From Eledone cirrhosa (Eukaryota): a stretch of 64,000 nucleotides of DNA. The position numbers and the translations under genes were made by a program. Of this stretch, positions 56,924 to 64,000 are shown piece after piece. The notes below the pieces were generated by a model, which saw only the letters and a list, made by a program, of their open reading frames with translations, was not told where the DNA came from and searched no databases. Location of the stretch: contig OZ024743.1 of the NCBI GenBank assembly GCA_964016885.1, positions 225,680,001 through 225,744,000 of the forward strand, written 5' to 3'. Every line of letters starts with the position of its first letter. The stretch's first letter is position 1.

Positions 56924-57235
56924 CGTGTGTGTGTGTGTGTATATACAACATATATACATACACAACACACACACACACACTAGCATACCCATATATAATG
57001 TCACGTGCTACCATTGCCCTAAACTCTCTTTAGCAAGAATCAATGACGTGTAAAACAAAATATGTTATAGATGGTTGGAGAAAGGATGGACGTGTTGTTG
57101 GGAGATAAGGGAGGGTGGTGTGTGTGTGGAAAGATGGGTAGATGGTATGAACTTCCGAATGCCTGTCTTACTCCGTTTACTTTCTCATTCCATCAGCACC
57201 CCCGGGCTACTATTTGCTAATGGAACGGCTACGAA

Positions 57236-57315
<80 letters not shown>

Positions 57316-57316
<1 letters not shown>

Positions 57317-60300
57317 GGAATGAACACATGTGTTAAACTTGCTCGGTAAGTTTTGTTTAAATTTCTTTAGAAATTCGTCATTGTGAACTTTTATTTTTAT
57401 ACCAATTTGTAGAGGGACTGACAGGTCAAATTTTGATCTGGTCAGTCTCCCAAAATATCGTGCCCCATCTAACATATTTTTGCAAAACACTTCAATTTTT
57501 TAAAATGGCCGAAGCAAAGGCACCTACTCAATACAAGAAAATGAGAAGGGAAAGCCATGCTTACTTGACCAGCAGTAGCAGACATGGACAAAGGAATGCC
57601 AACATTATCGCCTCAACATTTAGAAGAGGCCATGCTTCAGTTGCTTACAAGCAACTGATGCATGTTCCTCTTCTAAAGGCGAGTTCAGTTGCTTACAAGC
57701 AACTGAACTCGCCTGACGTCACAAACACCACATGTATCCACACACAGAAGGAAGTGTAGCAAATACTAACACCACAACAAGCAACAACAACAACACAATA
57801 AATGAGAACAACAACAATACAACAAAAGGAATCAGCAGCAACACAACGAATGAGACCATCATCACCACCACCAACAACAACAATAACAAAATTTCATTTG
57901 CAGCAGCCGTTGCTAAGCAACAGGATTTTAAATATTACCCTATGGATATTTCCCAAAAGTCCCAATATTTGGAAGAAGCTTCCAGCTATGAGACGTTTGA
58001 GGGAGACACCCCACATATACACATACCCCCACAAGTAAGAGAGATGACACAGAAAAAGAAACTAATCTATAGATCAGTTGACAGCGTTAACAAAAAACCC
58101 ATAACGCTCCCAACAAGCACTATCGAAGCTGCACTAAAAGATATCAAGCCAGACGTGGCATACCTCCAAAGAGCTAAACAGTATGGAAGTGTGTCAATGC
58201 TCTTTAAGAGCGAAACTCTGGCTCAAAAACACTCGGTTCACCCAATAAAAACGGATCAACACATCTTCTTTCCCACATACATGGGAAGAAGATCATATAA
58301 AATAAAAATAACCAGGATCCCAGCAGAGGTCAACATATGGTGGATCCTACGCTGCATCCTGAAGAAGGATGAGGACCCCCCCCTATCTGTAGATAGGACA
58401 GACCGGAATAACTGGTTTGGAGCCTGCTTCGAGGTTCGGGTACAAATGAGCTAGAGAGAGTTGAGAAAATCCCGGACAAGATCGTTCTTGAGGAAGATGT
58501 CATCTCCATTTTAGTGGAGGGGAAAAGACCTCAGTGCCATAAGTATGGGAAAACTACACACTTAAAGGCCTTTTGCCCTCTATTAAACAAACTGAGGACA
58601 AACAAGGTGTTATTACCAACACCAAAACCCCAACATCAACACCTCAAACCAAACACAACACAAAAATCTGCAACATCCCCTCCCACACCACCACAGACCA
58701 GACACGACCACACAAAATCCCACTGAAAAACCCTCCATTGGCTCCTCCCTCCCTGTCAAATACTTTCATAAACACCTGCACAAACACTCCACCACACAAA
58801 ATACCCCTCCCATCTACCCCTGATTCAGAAGTCTCAGATACGGGAACCTCTACATCTCCAAGTGAGAATGAAGAGGAACCCAAAAAATCCAAAAAACAAA
58901 AAAGAGACAAAAAAAACAAAACACAAAAACAAAAACATCTACAGAAAACACGCACACACACAACCCCACAATAAACACACCGCCACAAACGACAAACACA
59001 CGAACAACACAATCACCACCAACACAACCAAACACTTCACCAACAAAACAAACACCCACACCACCACAATCACAAACTCCAACCACAAAAAGAAAACTAC
59101 AAACAGGAACAGCACACATAAAAAAACAAAACACATTACACATACATAAAAACAACAAACAAAGAATTGATAGACACTGTCCAGAAGGACCCTACTATCC
59201 AAACGGAAAGGAGAACCTTCCCCACTAACGACCCACCCCCAAACCTCAAACTGATCAGGGTAACAACCCTACAACATGAAACATTGAAAGGGACCTTCCC
59301 ACATGATGTGGGCCCCCTTGCCAAAAAACCCTTAATCGTGTCCTGCTAAAAGGATTCCCTCCCTCCCCAAACACCCCCAATCTGGACATGGAGATCGAAC
59401 AACCCGACCTCCAGGAAACGAAAAGGTAAGTGTTCCTGCCTTTTCTCTCCCTAACTCTTCTTCACCAACATGGCGACTATACAAGTTGGATGTTTGAATG
59501 TACGTGGCCTGGGCATGCCCTGGAAACAGGGCCAGCTTTTAAATGATCTCAGGTCACATTGTATAGATGTGATAGCCATAACCGAGTCCAGGATTCACGA
59601 CAGGCAGCAGCTAACCCTCATGTTCGATGACTTTGAGATCTACGCATCTCTCTGTCAGCCAGGAGGTGGAGGGGGAGTTGCTGTTCTGTTTCGAAAAAAT
59701 TTGGATCTCAAAGCACAAACGATTCACTTGGACCCAGAGGGCAGCTTGGTGGTCCTGGACGTGAATGGTAGTGAAGGTGGAGCTTTCAGACTGGTGGCCG
59801 TATATGCCCCGACTGGGACATCGCGACCAGAGTTCTTCAAGCGTCTGGAGCCATTCCTGGGAACGTCTCGCTCCTTAGTGTTAGCGGGGGACTGGAATGG
59901 CATCTTAGATGCACGTTGGGACTATGTAGGAGCTTGTGATAATAGAGGGGAGGGGGGGGGGGGGTGTAATAGCCTCACAAATCTCATCAGCCAATTCCAA
60001 CTGGCTGATAGATATCGACTAGACTTCCCAAGTGCACCATCGATACTTGGAAGCGGTTCTCAAGGTGGCCGGTTTCGGTCCCGTTTTCAGAGGCTGGATC
60101 GAGGCGATGCACACCAGCATTTGCTCGAGGGTTAATGTGAACGGCTACCTATCGGAGCCGTTCGCAATCACGCGTTCCAGTCGACAGGGATGCAATCTCT
60201 CCTCCATTCTGTATGTATTGACTCTAGAGCCACTACTGCGGAAATTGGAGCTGTTGCAGGGCATCCCTCTAGAACCGGGACTGCGTAAAGCGGCGTCGGC

Positions 60301-61905
60301 TTATGCCGACGACGTGGCGGTAATGGTGTCGAGCACCTCGGAAATCGGGGTGATCGGCAACTTACTGAAAGAATACGAAACGCTGACGGGAGCAAAACTA
60401 AACCCGGAGAAGTCTGTCGGTTTGCAACTCTGTACATGGAGAGGCAAACCGATGACGTCCGACAGCGTCGTTTGACGCTGGACGGACGGACCAGTGAAAT
60501 TGCTCGGGGTCTGGTTCGGTCCAGACCTCCAGGTGGAGAAAAACTGAAACGAGGTCACGGCCAAGGTGTTTGCGCTCACCCAGAAGTGGGCAGAGTGCAA
60601 ACTGTCCTTGAAAGGTCGAGCGGAGGTGGCGAACACTTTCATAGCGTCCGTCATCTACTATCGCTTGAATGTCGTGCCTTGTCCCCGTGAACACCTACCC
60701 AAGATGGAACGCATGCTCTTCCAGTTTCTGTGGAAGAAGCAGGCTCCGCTGGTGAGGAGATCCGTCTACTGTAAGCACCCTTCCAACGGAGGGTGGGAAT
60801 GCTGTGGCTGATGCTGCGCAAACATGCGCTGAGGCTGCGGCATCTTCAGGTATTCCTCACCAACCCCCAACCGGTTTGGGAACCGTTTGTGAAACAGGCC
60901 TTCCCGCAGCTCGTCTCGCTTACGGAGCTGCAGTCCTGGGTCAAGAAAAGACCGAAAACGATGGGCGCCTGGCACATTGAATGAGCCCAGGCGCTCACAG
61001 TCCTCTGGCAAGCGGGCACAGCAATCAGTGGAGACTCCACTTCGACATTCTATAGAGGGATTGTACGTTACAAGGGCGACGGCATGCTCGAAGAGACTCT
61101 GGGCGTCGAAGACCATGAGATCACCAGTCTGTTTGGTAGGACTTTCCGCCCGGGACCTATGGACAACTTCCAGAGGTCCCTGGCCTGGCACTGCTACCGA
61201 GGAGCTCTACCAGTTCGTGACAAGATCTACAGGCACGGACGCCCCGGCAGGGATCCTTCCAAGAGGTCGTGTCCAAGATGCGTGCAGGACATTGAAACCG
61301 TCCTGCACGCAATTGTACATTGCCCGGGCGTAACCGACATGTGGAACTACGCGGAACAAGTGCTGTCGCGTATGGGACAAATCCAGTTGACTGCCGAGTC
61401 CATAGTAAGGATCAAACCGCCAACTTCTTTCAAAAACGAAAGAGAGGCGGTTTTCCTCTGTATAGTGGCTATGGTGAAAGAGGTTATATGGTGGACGAGA
61501 TTGAGAGGACTGAGGACAGATGCCTTTCTCTCCGGACAACAATTCATTCCCTTCTTTAGATATCACTTTAGAAGGAGAATCAGAATGGAGAGAGAAGCAC
61601 TGCACCCCAGTAAATTTATTGAAAGGTGAGTGAATGAAGCGAAAATGACCCGAGTGATTGGGCCTTCGCTGTATATAAACCTGTAGGTTAAAGAAGAGAA
61701 CAAAAGCAAGAAGGCACCACTTGCACAACACGCTCCTGGAGTTGAGGGTGTAAAACAACTCATTTGTGGCGCCTCCCCCCTATTGGGGATTTCGATTGAT
61801 ATATTTGTTTGTTTCAATATTTTTTTACATGACTGTATGTAAAATCCCCGGCATGTCTTTGTATTGTCCACTTTTCTTGTGCGCCCTTGTGGCAAATAAA
61901 GAAAT
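57316..61905 (+). mobile_element. Near full-length degenerate Tx1/L1 LINE in (TATC)n
   Basis: ORF1 remnant 57732-~58730 (CHKYGKTTHLKAFC knuckle). APE from 59470 (LNVRGL, ITES, VYAP, AGDWN), RT (AYADD at ~60300) and C-terminal CPRC..H..C. (ATCT)n at both ends. Confidence 0.93.
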
Positions 61906-61945
61906 ATATCTATCTATCTATCTATCTGTCTGTCTATCTATCTAT

Positions 61946-62937
61946 ACTGGGCACCTGGCACACCGAGTGTGCCCAGGCACTCACGGCTCTCTGGCAGGCG
62001 AACCCGGCTGTCAGTTGAGAATCCACCTCGTCATTCTATAGAGGGCTGGTGGTTAGCAGGTGCGACGACGCCCTCGGAGAAGCCCTAGGCATGGAGGAAG
62101 ACGAACTGGCCAACCTGTTCGGTAGGACATTCAGCCCGAGACCCATGGATAACTTCCAGAGGTCCCTGGCCTGGCAGTGCTACAGAAGGGCTCTGCCCGT
62201 TCGAGAAAGGCTCTACAGAGACGAGCGCCCGGGTAGGGACCCCTCGAAAAAGATCTGTCCCAGATGCGTGTGCGACGAGGAAACCGTTGCACACGCATTG
62301 GTACACTGCTCGGGCATTGCCGATCTGTGGGGCTATGTCGAACAACTGCTGTCAAGGGTGGGACCGATCCGGTTGACCACCGAGTCTATTGTAACGATCA
62401 AGCCGCCTCCCCTCTTCAAAAATGAAGGACAGGCGGTGTTTCTGTGCGTAATAGCCATGGCGAAAGAGGTTGTATGGTGGACGCGTCTGAAAGGACTGAG
62501 GTCAGACACCTTTCTCTCTGGCCAACAACTGGTCCGTTTCTTCCGATATCATTTCGGAAGAAGGATCAGGATGGAGAGAGAGGTGCTGCACTCCAGCCGT
62601 TTTTATGAAAGATGGGTGAAAGTGGCGAGAATGGCCCGTGTGAATGGGCCTTCACTCTACATCAGACTATAGGTGAGGAAGATGAAAAATCAAGGGAGCA
62701 CCTCCTCTCTGTGCTCCTGAGGAGAAGGGTTGCACACTTTTTTCGGGGGTGTGTGCGACCCCAAGGCGCCTCCTCCCTATTGAGGATTTTGTTATAAAAT
62801 TTATTTTGTTATATTTTATTTTATTTTTATACTTTGTTATTGCCTCCTCCTTATTGAGGACGCCTTTTCATGTAAACTCCCCCCATTGTACTTGTCCCAC
62901 TTTTTGATGCCCTGGTGGCAAATAAAAAGAAAATTAT
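61946..62937 (+). mobile_element. 5'-truncated Tx1/L1 copy in tandem, plus a short third 3' end (~62945-63015)
   Basis: ORF 62049..62672 is paralogous to 61084..61629. Shared 3' end TGGCAAATAAA(G/A)A followed by TATC repeats. Confidence 0.9.
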
Positions 62938-63069
62938 CTATAGTAAAACCCCTACCGTCACGTCTTGCAATGTCCCATTTTTGTGCGCCTCTGTGGCAGA
63001 TAAAGAAAGATATCTATATATCTATCTGTCTGTTTGTCTGTCTGTCTATCTATATATGTATATGTTTAT

Positions 63070-63102
<33 letters not shown>

Positions 63103-63127
63103 CACACGCACACACACACACACACAC

Positions 63128-63169
<42 letters not shown>

Positions 63170-63178
63170 ACACATACG

Positions 63179-63217
<39 letters not shown>

Positions 63218-63461
63218 GTAAGCTATCGTCGTATTTTGACTAAAGAAATTAAAGAAATTATTTAGCCTGATAGTGGGGTTAAGAACCCTCGGAGAAATGG
63301 AAAAAGATGAGTATTGTCAATAATCATTTTTTTCCATTTCTCCGAGGGTTCTTAACCCCACTATCAGGCTAAATAATTTCTTTAATTTCTTTAGTCAAAA
63401 TACGACGATAGCTTACATTTATCATAACTTCAAACCCACTCGCTGTTTCGAAAATATTCTT
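63218..63461. mobile_element. Fold-back insert (family C), ~95-bp arms plus ~45-nt tail
   Basis: 63218-63310 is the reverse complement of ~63322-63416. Flanked by (TA)n and (CA)n(TA)n. Confidence 0.8.
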
Positions 63462-63484
63462 ACACACACACACACACACACACC

Positions 63485-63532
<48 letters not shown>

Positions 63533-63668
63533 ATGTTTACCTGTCCTACGGTTGTGCTCGTATCCTTTCGTCTAGTGGGTAACTCATTTGTCCAAAGAGC
63601 CCAATCTTACTGGAAAAATCATAATAATACCTACACTCTGTTTTCTTAAGTATAGATTACTAAGCTGA

Positions 63669-64000
63669 ATAATTGTTTCTACTTTTGGCACAAGGCCAGC
63701 AATTACCCAGTGTATTACTGGTACTTTATTTTATCGACCCCGTAAGGATGAAAGGCAAAGTTAACCTCGGCAGGATTTGAACTCAGATCATAAAGAGCCG
63801 TAACTCTATGCTGCAAAGCATGATGTCTGATGCTCTACCGATACTGCCAATCCATCGAACAGTAACAGTAATAATAATTGTTTCTACTTTTGGCACAAGG
63901 CCAGCAATTACCCAGTACATTACTGGTACTTTATTCCAGTAATGCATTGGGTAATTGCTGGCCTTGTGCCAAAAGTAGAAACAATTATTACTGTTACTTA
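63669..64000. mobile_element. SINE family 1 copy (-), then a SINE 3' fragment with a local inverted duplication
   Basis: 63669-63855 is a full SINE. 63861-~63926 is approximately the reverse complement of ~63936-63998. Confidence 0.8.

Overview
Gene-free, AT-rich, microsatellite-dense animal DNA. The repeat content resembles cephalopod/mollusc genomes, which is an inference. I see no intact host gene; nearly all ORFs in the track are translations of (TA)n, (CA)n or (TATG)n. The window is a patchwork of decayed transposons: Tx1/L1, RTE and its short derivatives, CRE, R4/Dong-like, CR1, tRNA-SINEs, maT and mariner, a Helitron and a hAT-like MITE. The main observation is a set of inserts sitting in (TA)n tracts that carry type I hammerhead ribozymes (HHRs), resembling Penelope-like element (PLE) pLTRs or retrozymes. 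Two are near-identical tandem arrays: a 466-bp unit at 1-3128 and a 310-bp unit at 29322-36488. Each has one HHR per unit and a single head-to-head inversion joined by 2-3 nt of microhomology. About nine shorter inserts show the same fold-back-plus-tail layout, and where an HHR is visible its sense strand always points outward to the flanking (TA)n. Several independent HHR families occur, including two with a compensatory U3-A8 core. My inferred model is twin-primed, rolling-circle reverse transcription of small circular ribozyme RNAs into cut (TA)n by a PLE enzyme; GIY-YIG remnants lie at about 39514-39750 and 26000-26390. All structures were paired by eye.
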